DNA from: Candidatus Saccharimonadota bacterium
GTDB lineage: Bacteria > Patescibacteriota > Saccharimonadia > Saccharimonadales > Saccharimonadaceae
Direction of reading: 5' to 3'
NCBI GenBank assembly: GCA_015999875.1
Contig: JAECRG010000001.1
Location: 171,330-235,329, forward strand
DNA: 64,000 nucleotides
Shown here: one piece after another, positions 7,669 to 15,167 of the stretch
Position numbering within the stretch: position 1 is the first letter of the stretch
Layout: every line of letters starts with the position of its first letter
Position numbers and translations under genes: made by a program
The notes under the pieces: model-generated
The model's database searches: none
What the model was told of the DNA's origin: nothing
The model's input: only the letters and a program-made list of their open reading frames with translations

Positions 7669-8039
7669 TACCGTACTCCCTTCAGAAAATTTTCAATCTC
7701 GCCTACGGGCATCTCGCCTTGAATCCTGATAAACTCGTAGCCTAACTCACGCGCAAAAAGAAGTTCTTCTGTAAGCGAATCCCCGACGACCAATACTTCA
7801 CCCGCAACTAGGCCTTCAAAGTCTTGTCGCCTCTTCTTTGCCACCAGCATAAGCTGATCAAATTGCTGCCAGATCTCCGGATAACGAGTTATTTGTTCAT
7901 ACGTCCACTGTTCGTTCATCGTATAAAGTATGCGGCGCGAGGAGCTCCTGGTGGCTGCAAGTGCAGTTTGCGCACCTTTAAGCCATTCTCCCGTCTCATT
8001 CAATAATGTGTTTTTCAAATCAAAAATGATTGTGTTCAT
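7668..8039 (-). CDS. miniature HAD-like protein (123 aa)
   Basis: IIFDLKNTL occupies HAD motif I, but Lys replaces the second Asp. VVGDSLTEELLFARELG resembles motif IV. There is no cap domain. Confidence 0.45.
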   Translation of the reverse strand: MNTIIFDLKNTLLNETGEWLKGAQTALAATRSSSRRILYTMNEQWTYEQITRYPEIWQQFDQLMLVAKKRRQDFEGLVAGEVLVVGDSLTEELLFARELGYEFIRIQGEMPVGEIENFLKGVR

Positions 8040-8071
8040 GTGTACTCCAAAAATAGTAAATATTACAAAAT

Positions 8072-8101
8072 AAATACGCCGAAGCGATGTTCGGCGTATT
8101 T
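8072..8101. terminator. bidirectional rho-independent terminator
   Basis: AAATACGCCGAA-gcgatg-TTCGGCGTATTT forms a 12-bp stem with A/T tracts on both sides. Confidence 0.75.
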
Positions 8102-8200
8102 ATATTTTGGGTAAAAGAGAACTAACCGATTCGCTCCGGCAACAGATGTGAATGATGGTTAGTTTTGTAAATCATTATTTTATTATAGCATAAGCTAATG

Positions 8201-8239
8201 CATATGCAAACCGCCCCTTGCGGAGCGGTATTGCATATG
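8201..8239 (-). terminator. long hairpin downstream of the LPXTG gene
   Basis: CATATGCAAACCGC...GCGGTATTGCATATG forms about 14 bp with one bulge. There is no clear T tract. Confidence 0.4.
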
Positions 8240-8261
8240 ACCGGTCAGTGTCTCGATCTTC

Positions 8262-9467
8262 CTAGAATAGGTTTCGGCGACTTGCTGCGTAGTAATATGC
8301 GGTAAGTCCCATGGCTGCGAGCCCTACACCCGCACCCAGGATATCTTCAGGGCCGGTTTTTGGAAGCTCTGGTGAAGTGGGAGTTATAGGCTTTTCACAC
8401 TCTGCGCTTGTTGCTGGCAAGTGTTCTTTGCCTGGAATAGGACATTTCGCTTCGCAATCTTTGAGGTTGGTTGAGTACTTACTTGCATCAAACTGGTCTT
8501 TATTGATAGTGATGACCTTCTTGGTTGCGAGCTCGCAGACAACCATTTTTTCTGGTGTTTTACAGTCTTCGAGATTTTTACTGTATTTAGTAGGATTGAA
8601 CTGGTCTTCGTTGATAGTGACAATCTTTTTAGTTTTGAGGTCACACACTTGAATCAACACCTCTTTACAATCGTCTAGATTCTTACTGTATTGAGTAGGG
8701 TTAAATTCGCTTTCCTTTATCGTAACGATCTTTTTGGTAGCAAGTTCACATACCTTTATATACTTTTCTTCACAATCCTTAAGATTCTTTGAGTAGAGTG
8801 AAGGATTGAACTGGTCTTCGTTGATAGTGACAATCTTTTTGGTAGCAAGTTCACACACCTTAATAGTTACAGGCTTTGGTGGTTCTGGTGGTTTTGGAGG
8901 GTTAACAGGAGTTGCATAGATAGGATTACCACAGGCTTTGATGATCGCATATTTGAAATTACCGGCAGCGTCAAGCACTACAAGCGTAGGTAATGACGCG
9001 TTTGGATTTGCGAATGCTTGTCCACCAACATGGGATGTCTGGTAGTATGTCTGGCCATTGATTGAGATTGGCTGACTGTGCATGATAGCCTGGCGACCGA
9101 TACTCGCAGCATTATTGGCAACTACACGACCGTCAGCTATAACTTCGCCACGATTGTTTGATGTACCGTCAAGCACACGATCACCAGCAACAAGATTTGG
9201 CTTGATCCAGTAGTGATTGTAAATTGCTTGTAAATCACCGCAGGTATTTGCATTGTAGCTATTTGTCACATCGCCGTAGCTATGTGTACCGTTTGGCACA
9301 ATATTATTTTGATTGTTACAAACACTCGCTGCATCGACAGATGTCTGATTGAATTGATACACGCCAACACCTGTTAGCATGACCGCCATGACGAAAAAGC
9401 TCGCAACAATTGCCTTGCTTTGTTTCGCATAACGGAATTTGTTTAATAAATTCTGTAGTCCTCGCAT
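8262..9467 (-). CDS. LPXTG-anchored surface protein with four Cys-bracketed 35-aa repeats
   Basis: The start is set at ATG 9467 (GGAGTGAGG SD upstream; the ORF extends to 9503). An N-terminal TM/signal is present (IVASFFVMAVMLTGVGV). The C-terminus has LPKTG, a hydrophobic stretch and the SRRNLF tail. Confidence 0.85.
   Translation of the reverse strand: MRGLQNLLNKFRYAKQSKAIVASFFVMAVMLTGVGVYQFNQTSVDAASVCNNQNNIVPNGTHSYGDVTNSYNANTCGDLQAIYNHYWIKPNLVAGDRVLDGTSNNRGEVIADGRVVANNAASIGRQAIMHSQPISINGQTYYQTSHVGGQAFANPNASLPTLVVLDAAGNFKYAIIKACGNPIYATPVNPPKPPEPPKPVTIKVCELATKKIVTINEDQFNPSLYSKNLKDCEEKYIKVCELATKKIVTIKESEFNPTQYSKNLDDCKEVLIQVCDLKTKKIVTINEDQFNPTKYSKNLEDCKTPEKMVVCELATKKVITINKDQFDASKYSTNLKDCEAKCPIPGKEHLPATSAECEKPITPTSPELPKTGPEDILGAGVGLAAMGLTAYYYAASRRNLF
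8436..8858 (-). repeat. in-frame tandem repeats (4 x about 105 nt) encoding VCELATKKIVTINEDQFNPxxYSKNLxDC units
   Basis: Near-identical DNA blocks are visible, for example 8598-8650 versus 8810-8860 (ttgaactggtcttcgttgatagtgacaatcttttt...). Confidence 0.85.
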
Positions 9468-9562
9468 GTAAACCTCACTCCACATTAGGTTATATATGTT
9501 CATAGTATCACAAAATTAAGCTAATGTCAATACACATAAGCACTTTGCCGTATGATACCCTG

Positions 9563-10165
9563 TTATTTTTTCAAAAGAATATGTCTTTCAACCCACTTAT
9601 ACATGAGTATACCAGACGCCACTCCTACATTGATAGACCTAGTACTACCAAACTGAGAGATAGCGACATGACGAGACGTCTTGTCGAGTAGCTCCTGTGA
9701 AATACCTGGCCCCTCCCCGCCAAAGATTAGCACCGCATTATCTGGCAGCTGTGCTTTATGAAGCGGTGTCGCATTAGCTATATTATCAACGGCCACGAGT
9801 ACTTTGTCTGCATTACTTGCTATAAATTCATCGACAGATGCGTAATATAGTATATCTAAATATGCGTCCGTCTTCATCGCGCCACGCTTGTTCCATTGCC
9901 TCCTACCTATGACATGGAGTCTGCGCACGTTAAAGGCGTTTGCGTTTCGCACAATAGTACCCATATTGAAGTCACGCTCGACGTTTTCGATAGCGATTTC
10001 GAGAGATACGCTCGTGAGCTGCATATCTGCGCGTATTGCGTCTACCGTCCAGTAGCGATACTTGTCGTCAACATTACGAAAATCACCTTGGGCGAGAAGC
10101 TGGGGATCAAGTCGGTCATCATCTGGCCATGGTTTTTCGAGAGGTGGAGCGCCGTGTTGCATCAT
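9563..10165 (-). CDS. SpoU/TrmH-family RNA 2'-O-methyltransferase
   Basis: Motifs seen: NMGTIVRNANAF, LIFGGEGPGIS and SINVGVASGILMY. Confidence 0.8.
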   Translation of the reverse strand: MMQHGAPPLEKPWPDDDRLDPQLLAQGDFRNVDDKYRYWTVDAIRADMQLTSVSLEIAIENVERDFNMGTIVRNANAFNVRRLHVIGRRQWNKRGAMKTDAYLDILYYASVDEFIASNADKVLVAVDNIANATPLHKAQLPDNAVLIFGGEGPGISQELLDKTSRHVAISQFGSTRSINVGVASGILMYKWVERHILLKK

Positions 10166-10206
10166 AACTCTAGCCTAGCATGGCTGTGGCACAAAACCCA
10201 CTATGT

Positions 10207-10215
10207 TGCTATACT
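10207..10215 (+). promoter_or_regulatory. extended -10 TGCTATACT, 7 nt upstream of GTG 10223
   Basis: The sequence reads TGCTATACT-ACCGTAA-GTG. Confidence 0.4.
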
Positions 10216-10222
10216 ACCGTAA

Positions 10223-10732
10223 GTGACTACGCGAAAAAAACAAACATGGACCGACATTTTAATTGAGTTTCTCAAAGCTCAAGTTGCTGGTAATGTACTA
10301 TTTCTCGGTACAATGCTTGGTTTTTTCATAGGCGAGAAACTACTCAATGTACCAGAGATTCCATCTCTCATAGGAGCCAGTATCCTTGCTAATATAGCAT
10401 TCTTTTTTGTGAACCGAGAACTCGTGTTTACAGCGAATGGTAAACGCCGCACATACGGTGAAGTATTCCGCTTTATTGCACTGATGGTATTTAACATGCT
10501 CATTTATACCGCCCTTACGAGTGTAATCGCCAACGGTATTGCGCTTACTTTCGAAGAAGGTGCTGCTCACGAACATCGCTTCTACCTTGCTCAGATACTC
10601 TCGGCTATGATCTTCAGCGTATGGACATATGTGGGGTTGAAGTTTTGGGTTTTCAAACCCGCCAAACAGCACGCACATGCAAGTCGTCATCACGCACTCA
10701 CTATCGAAAAGCGACGAGGTAAGCGCGCGTGA
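10223..10732 (+). CDS. GtrA-like membrane protein
   Basis: The protein has four hydrophobic helices and ends in ...YVGLKFWVFK, typical of the GtrA family. It has a GTG start. Confidence 0.55.
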   Translation: MTTRKKQTWTDILIEFLKAQVAGNVLFLGTMLGFFIGEKLLNVPEIPSLIGASILANIAFFFVNRELVFTANGKRRTYGEVFRFIALMVFNMLIYTALTSVIANGIALTFEEGAAHEHRFYLAQILSAMIFSVWTYVGLKFWVFKPAKQHAHASRHHALTIEKRRGKRA

Positions 10733-11157
10733 ACGCGCTGAATCACGCCCTATCTGGCGCGATTATTGCTGTGCTTGTTCCCGCCCCTATGATTCCGCTC
10801 GTAGCAGTTGCTACTCATTTTGTACTTGATGCCTTTCCACATGCGAAGACACCTGATAATATACGCGACGCACTTAAGCGTCCTTTTGCGTATACATTCT
10901 ATAGTGACATCGCGCTCACCTTCGCCGCCACACTACTCGCGTGGTATCTGTTCCCCGACAAACTATGGCTCATACTTCTCGGTGTGTCGTTTGCAATACT
11001 TCCTGACTTATTGTGGTTCTTCAACGGCAAAGTAGCTTGGCTCAAGCCATATTTCAAGTTTGCGTTGTGGATACAATGGGCAGAAAAGCCATGGGGCTGG
11101 TCGCTAGAGATTCTCTATAGCATGATCTTCGTGGTAGTACTTATTGGTCTGAGCTAG
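10729..11157 (+). CDS. membrane protein, possibly DUF457/YdjM-like metal-dependent hydrolase
   Basis: The GTGA start/stop overlaps the upstream gene. HALSGAII...HFVLDAFPH resembles DUF457 His motifs. Confidence 0.4.
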   Translation: MNALNHALSGAIIAVLVPAPMIPLVAVATHFVLDAFPHAKTPDNIRDALKRPFAYTFYSDIALTFAATLLAWYLFPDKLWLILLGVSFAILPDLLWFFNGKVAWLKPYFKFALWIQWAEKPWGWSLEILYSMIFVVVLIGLS

Positions 11158-11359
11158 ACAAGGATGTCCCTTTTGGACGGGGTGGCACAATAATCCACAG
11201 TATAATATAGGGAAGCAACCCCGGTAAGCCACCAGGCAATAGTAGCAGTACTGCCACGACGCGTATGATTACGGGGTCTATACCAAAATATTCTGCAATG
11301 CCAGCGCAGATACCTGCAATCTTGCGATCTGTCGTGGAGCGATATAGTCTTTTTGTCAT
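11141..11359 (-). CDS. PspC-domain membrane protein
   Basis: MTKRLYRSTTDRKIAGICAGIAEYFGIDPVIIRVV is present. The start is trimmed from 11404 to 11359. Confidence 0.75.
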   Translation of the reverse strand: MTKRLYRSTTDRKIAGICAGIAEYFGIDPVIIRVVAVLLLLPGGLPGLLPYIILWIIVPPRPKGTSLSSSDQ

Positions 11360-11440
11360 ATGTACAGTATACCGCATTAAAACTCTCTGTACGTCCAATG
11401 CCAACCCGTGCGTTCTACGGCTTGTGAGATCTATAGTATA

Positions 11441-11463
11441 AATAAAAACACCGTAGTACGGTG
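11441..11463 (-). terminator. rho-independent terminator after tRNA-Leu(CAG)
   Basis: The minus strand reads CACCGTactACGGTG followed by TTTTTATTTAT. Confidence 0.6.
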
Positions 11464-11472
11464 CAATTATAG

Positions 11473-11559
11473 TGGTACAGATGAGAGGACTTGAACCTCC
11501 ACGCCCCGAAAGGCACTAGCACCTGAAGCTAGCGCGTCTACCAATTCCGCCACATCTGC
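11473..11559 (-). tRNA. tRNA-Leu (anticodon CAG), CCA encoded
   Basis: The reverse complement is GCAGATGTGGCGGAATTGGTAGACGCGCTAGCTTCAGGTGCTAGTGCCTTTCGGGGCGTGGAGGTTCAAGTCCTCTCATCTGTACCA. The anticodon loop is TTCAGGT, the variable arm is long and the T-loop is GGTTCAAGTCC. Confidence 0.95.
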
Positions 11560-11601
11560 TCATACTTACTACTTTACAGCGCAAACGACACTTTTTCAAC
11601 A

Positions 11602-13254
11602 CTAGCTAGGACTTGAGTATCCGGCAAAATCTATGCCGTCATACCCAGTGCGAAGATGGGCAACAATAGTACGCAACTCGACAGGCTGTTTAACTCCGGC
11701 ATTGAGTGTACCGTATGGATCAAAGATAGTGCGTAGATCCGTGTAAAGCTTCGCAACCTCATCGCTAGTGCGCTTCTCGATGAATGGTGACTTAATACGA
11801 CCTTCGGCAGCTTCGCCTACCGTAGAGCCTCCATGCTCATATACGACTTTTACAAATGCATCATAGAACTTAAGAAGTTTCTGTTTGTCGACAGCAGAAC
11901 GAAGTGAGAATTGCGGCCAAAAACTGTATACACCGTCCGTAGCATAGCCGCTATATGGCAGCTTTATACCGGTAGCTTTTTCCAACACAGCAACAGCATC
12001 GCGAAAATCTTCAAACCTTGCATGCGGCAAGTATACACCTCGAAACAGCGAAGGTACGATAGTGGACTTTTCTTCAGAATACACAGCAGCGTAGACAGCG
12101 CCACGCAGGGCAGAAATCTCCTGAATCACCTCAGGCTTAAGAGCCTGCTCGGCAACACCGCCGTATTTATCTGACAACTTGAGTGCTTTTTTGAACTTTC
12201 TCTTGCGGACACGTTCGCTAAAATCACGGAATGAGCAAAGCACGAGACCAGCGATTACAGCTGGCGTGGCGCTCTCGCCATCAACAAGAGAAAAGATATT
12301 GTAGCGCTTGCCATGCGTTCGAGCGAGAGAGATAAGTTCACCGTCAAACACCTCCAGCGCATCAGGCTGCAATGTACGTAGCTCGTCTACTAGATCCACA
12401 AAGTTATTTGCATCAGGTACCGCAATGGCAACAAGCGCTTCTTCATTGTTATAAAACTCTGCTTTTAAGATCATCTCCGAAACAATACCCAGAGTACCCT
12501 GCGCACCAACAAATAGCGGCGTTAGATCAAAAGTACCGTTTTTGTGCTTTACCTTGCGAAGATTCGCGTAACCAGAATTGTCGATTGTGCCAGTATCGAG
12601 CTGACCATCTATGAGTGTCCTGTTATCTTCTATAAGATTGTCTACGCTACGATATATCTCGCCTTCAAGTGTCTGCAGACCCTTCTTTTTACTGAGTTCT
12701 TTCTTACTGAGTCGACTCGTTTGGATTACGTCGCCGTTTGCCAATACAACTTCTAATTCAGTAACGCTTTCGTCGATCGCACCGTTTTGGCCAGAAAGAC
12801 GCCCGCTGGCGTTGTTGGCTACAGCGCCGCCTATCGTACTGTACGCAGATGAATCTGGAAATGAGGGGATATAGCAGCCCTGTAGCTTAAGTGCTGTCTG
12901 CAACGAGCCAAAGTTTGTACCAGGTTGAACTCGTACTAATCGCTGCTTGGTGTCGAATTCAAAGATACTGTCCATGTGGGCGGTAGTGCTAACTAGTATA
13001 CCCTGCGTAATAGCCCCGCCAGTCTGATCTGTACCAGCACCACGTGCCGTGACACTGATAGCATGTCCTTTGTCAGCCAGCTGATGAGTAAAACGAAGCA
13101 CTTTGCGGATATCGTTAGTACTACGCGGATATACTACAATCTCTGGAGTAAGTGACAACATGCTACCATCTGTAGATAGCTGTTTGCGCACAGCCGCATT
13201 TGTAGTCACCTCACCGAGCAAGTGTTCATTTAGGTACTGGGAAATTTTACTCAT
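11602..13254 (-). CDS. FAD-binding oxidoreductase (GlcD / D-lactate dehydrogenase-like)
   Basis: 550 aa. A PCMH-type FAD-binding region (VTARGAGTDQTGGA, GGAVANNASG) is followed by a C-terminal oxidase domain. Confidence 0.8.
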   Translation of the reverse strand: MSKISQYLNEHLLGEVTTNAAVRKQLSTDGSMLSLTPEIVVYPRSTNDIRKVLRFTHQLADKGHAISVTARGAGTDQTGGAITQGILVSTTAHMDSIFEFDTKQRLVRVQPGTNFGSLQTALKLQGCYIPSFPDSSAYSTIGGAVANNASGRLSGQNGAIDESVTELEVVLANGDVIQTSRLSKKELSKKKGLQTLEGEIYRSVDNLIEDNRTLIDGQLDTGTIDNSGYANLRKVKHKNGTFDLTPLFVGAQGTLGIVSEMILKAEFYNNEEALVAIAVPDANNFVDLVDELRTLQPDALEVFDGELISLARTHGKRYNIFSLVDGESATPAVIAGLVLCSFRDFSERVRKRKFKKALKLSDKYGGVAEQALKPEVIQEISALRGAVYAAVYSEEKSTIVPSLFRGVYLPHARFEDFRDAVAVLEKATGIKLPYSGYATDGVYSFWPQFSLRSAVDKQKLLKFYDAFVKVVYEHGGSTVGEAAEGRIKSPFIEKRTSDEVAKLYTDLRTIFDPYGTLNAGVKQPVELRTIVAHLRTGYDGIDFAGYSSPS

Positions 13255-13366
13255 CTACCGTCCTCTGTTCTAAGCTTTACCTCTATGATAGCATATATGT
13301 CCATGGCCGAAGTATATTTTGCATTTAACTAGAGTTATGCTAACATAAATAGGCTACCGGTAATTT

Positions 13367-13451
13367 GCGCGAGTGGTGGAATTGGTAGACACGCTAGCCT
13401 TAGGAGCTAGTGCCTTCGGGCGTGGAGGTTCAAGTCCTCTCTCGCGTACCA
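13367..13451 (+). tRNA. tRNA-Leu (anticodon UAG), CCA encoded
   Basis: The sequence is GCGCGAGTGGTGGAATTGGTAGACACGCTAGCCTTAGGAGCTAGTGCCTTCGGGCGTGGAGGTTCAAGTCCTCTCTCGCGTACCA, with anticodon loop CTTAGGA. Confidence 0.95.
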
Positions 13452-13459
13452 AAATAAGG

Positions 13460-13486
13460 AACATCATGGAAACATGGTGTTTTTTA
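13460..13486 (+). terminator. rho-independent terminator after tRNA-Leu(UAG)
   Basis: ACATCATG-gaaa-CATGGTGT is followed by TTTTT. Confidence 0.75.
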
Positions 13487-13620
13487 TATTTGCGGAGGAT
13501 TGAGCCGATAATCCGCTACTTCCTATCGAGACTAGGACTGGCCGCCCTTATCAGAAAACACTTCAAAGTAAACAAGTGGCTCCAACATGTCATTTCTGAC
13601 ACGCTGGAGCCACTCAAAAT

Positions 13621-13647
13621 CATAACAAAAAGGCGCCTAAGCGCCTT
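13621..13647 (-). terminator. rho-independent terminator overlapping the rsmD stop
   Basis: The minus strand reads AAGGCGC-ttag-GCGCCTT followed by TTTGTTATG. Confidence 0.7.
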
Positions 13648-14194
13648 CTCGTCGGTAATAGCTGAGATGTGCTTCTCCGTAACTACGATTGTCCACCACA
13701 ACAATTCCGCTTGGTAGCACGACCTCCTCACACTTACCTGGTTTTGATAATACCATAAGCCCTCCAGGTTTGAGTAGTCCGAAAATTCTCTCAACTGTGG
13801 ATAAGTGCATATTAAAGTCGTAATATGGGGGGTCTACAAAGATGACATCGAACTCGTCAGCACTTCTCATGCCGAGAAATTGCTGCATACGCCCCCTAAA
13901 TAGAGTGTATTCGGGATAATTCACATTTAACGTCTGCATATTCTCAGTTATGGCTTTTTGCGCGGCACGGTTTTGCTCGACCGCCACGACTTCTTTTGCT
14001 CCACGACTGAGCGCTTCTAGACCTACTACACCAGTACCAGCATAAGCGTCGAGGACTCGGGCACCCGCAAGTTCAGAGATAAGCGAATTAAACATAGCAC
14101 CTCGTACGCGCTCGCCCATTGGGTGTGTAGTACGGCCGCGTGGCGCGTTTAGCATACGCCCACCGTGATTACCAGCAATTACGCGAACTCTCAC
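13637..14194 (-). CDS. rsmD: 16S rRNA (guanine966-N2)-methyltransferase
   Basis: Motifs seen: MRVIAGNHGGR, VLDAYAGTGVVGLEALSRGA and FDVIFVDPPY. Confidence 0.85.
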   Translation of the reverse strand: MRVRVIAGNHGGRMLNAPRGRTTHPMGERVRGAMFNSLISELAGARVLDAYAGTGVVGLEALSRGAKEVVAVEQNRAAQKAITENMQTLNVNYPEYTLFRGRMQQFLGMRSADEFDVIFVDPPYYDFNMHLSTVERIFGLLKPGGLMVLSKPGKCEEVVLPSGIVVVDNRSYGEAHLSYYRREGA

Positions 14195-15009
14195 TTATGC
14201 GCCTCCGAGGCTGCGAGTATGGAGCTGTACCATCCTGCACAGACCGCTTTGATAGTGAGCGGCACGAGCTCGCTCCTCGTCTCACGCGCTAAGTGACGAG
14301 TCCATCCCTTTTGCTGAAACTCATCGTACATGCCCATAGCGTGCACATCGTGCAGTATATGGAGAAATACCTCGCGGAAGCCTTGCTCACGCAACTCCTG
14401 TACGTCAGCATCGTCAAATCTATGAATACTGTCTAGTTTTGCACCCGAAAGCGTAGTTGCCACGCCCAGCTCAAAGCTAAGGTGTGTTGTCATGACACCT
14501 TTTGCACCCCAGAACTCCCAGTTGTTTTTGATGCGCATGCGAGCATTGTCACCAGGCAGTACCAGCTTTTCTTTTGTGCTGTTGCGCGTCTCTATACTCT
14601 CACCCCGTAGTTCTTCTAGCTTCTCTTCGAATGGATAGTGATGCGCCGGAGTAAGGCCATCGGTAATTGCATGTGCCATCCAGGCTGCTTCGAACGCAGC
14701 ACGTTGATAGTTGTCCGCTTTCAGTGCCTCGGTAAGATTGACTATATGATCCTCGATCATAACAAGCAAATCCACATCACTAGGGTCGTTTGGGTTTATA
14801 TAATGCCATGGTTCATCCTGAGCAGGGCTTTTACGCTTGATACCATCAGGTCCGTTTTTGCCTTCGAAATGTACGATATCCCGATATGTAGGAAAGTTAA
14901 CCCCTGACGGAATATGTGAAGTAATGTGTCGGCGCGCTACACGGTCGATACGTTGATGCACACCCATGATGCGACCGGATTTGGTACGAAAGGTTGTTCC
15001 TGAATACAT
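14191..15009 (-). CDS. hypothetical protein, possibly zinc phospholipase C / P1-nuclease superfamily
   Basis: MAHAITDGLTPAHH has the H-x3-D-x3-P-x-H spacing of the HFVGDIHQPLH motif. The similarity is weak. Confidence 0.3.
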   Translation of the reverse strand: MYSGTTFRTKSGRIMGVHQRIDRVARRHITSHIPSGVNFPTYRDIVHFEGKNGPDGIKRKSPAQDEPWHYINPNDPSDVDLLVMIEDHIVNLTEALKADNYQRAAFEAAWMAHAITDGLTPAHHYPFEEKLEELRGESIETRNSTKEKLVLPGDNARMRIKNNWEFWGAKGVMTTHLSFELGVATTLSGAKLDSIHRFDDADVQELREQGFREVFLHILHDVHAMGMYDEFQQKGWTRHLARETRSELVPLTIKAVCAGWYSSILAASEAHK

Positions 15010-15167
15010 AAATCTCGCTGCGTTAAATAGGAGAAATCTACGGCGCTCCAGCTCTCGAACTTCTTCGAATTTGCAGTACCCCAGTTTTTCCTATTGCTCC
15101 GGACAACGGACTAAATCCGAATGTTCGGGTTTGGCTTTTCCCTTTATTTAATACGTGATTATTTTTG

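Noticed and set aside
13373-13717. 114-aa plus-strand ORF
   Set aside because: It begins inside tRNA-Leu(UAG), crosses two terminators and overlaps rsmD antisense.
15010-15167. 158-nt spacer between recG and the PLC/P1-like gene, examined as a possible riboswitch or sRNA
   Set aside because: Only short local hairpins are present (TTCGAA-gaag-TTCGAG, CCGAAcaTTCGG). I could recognise no conserved riboswitch core.
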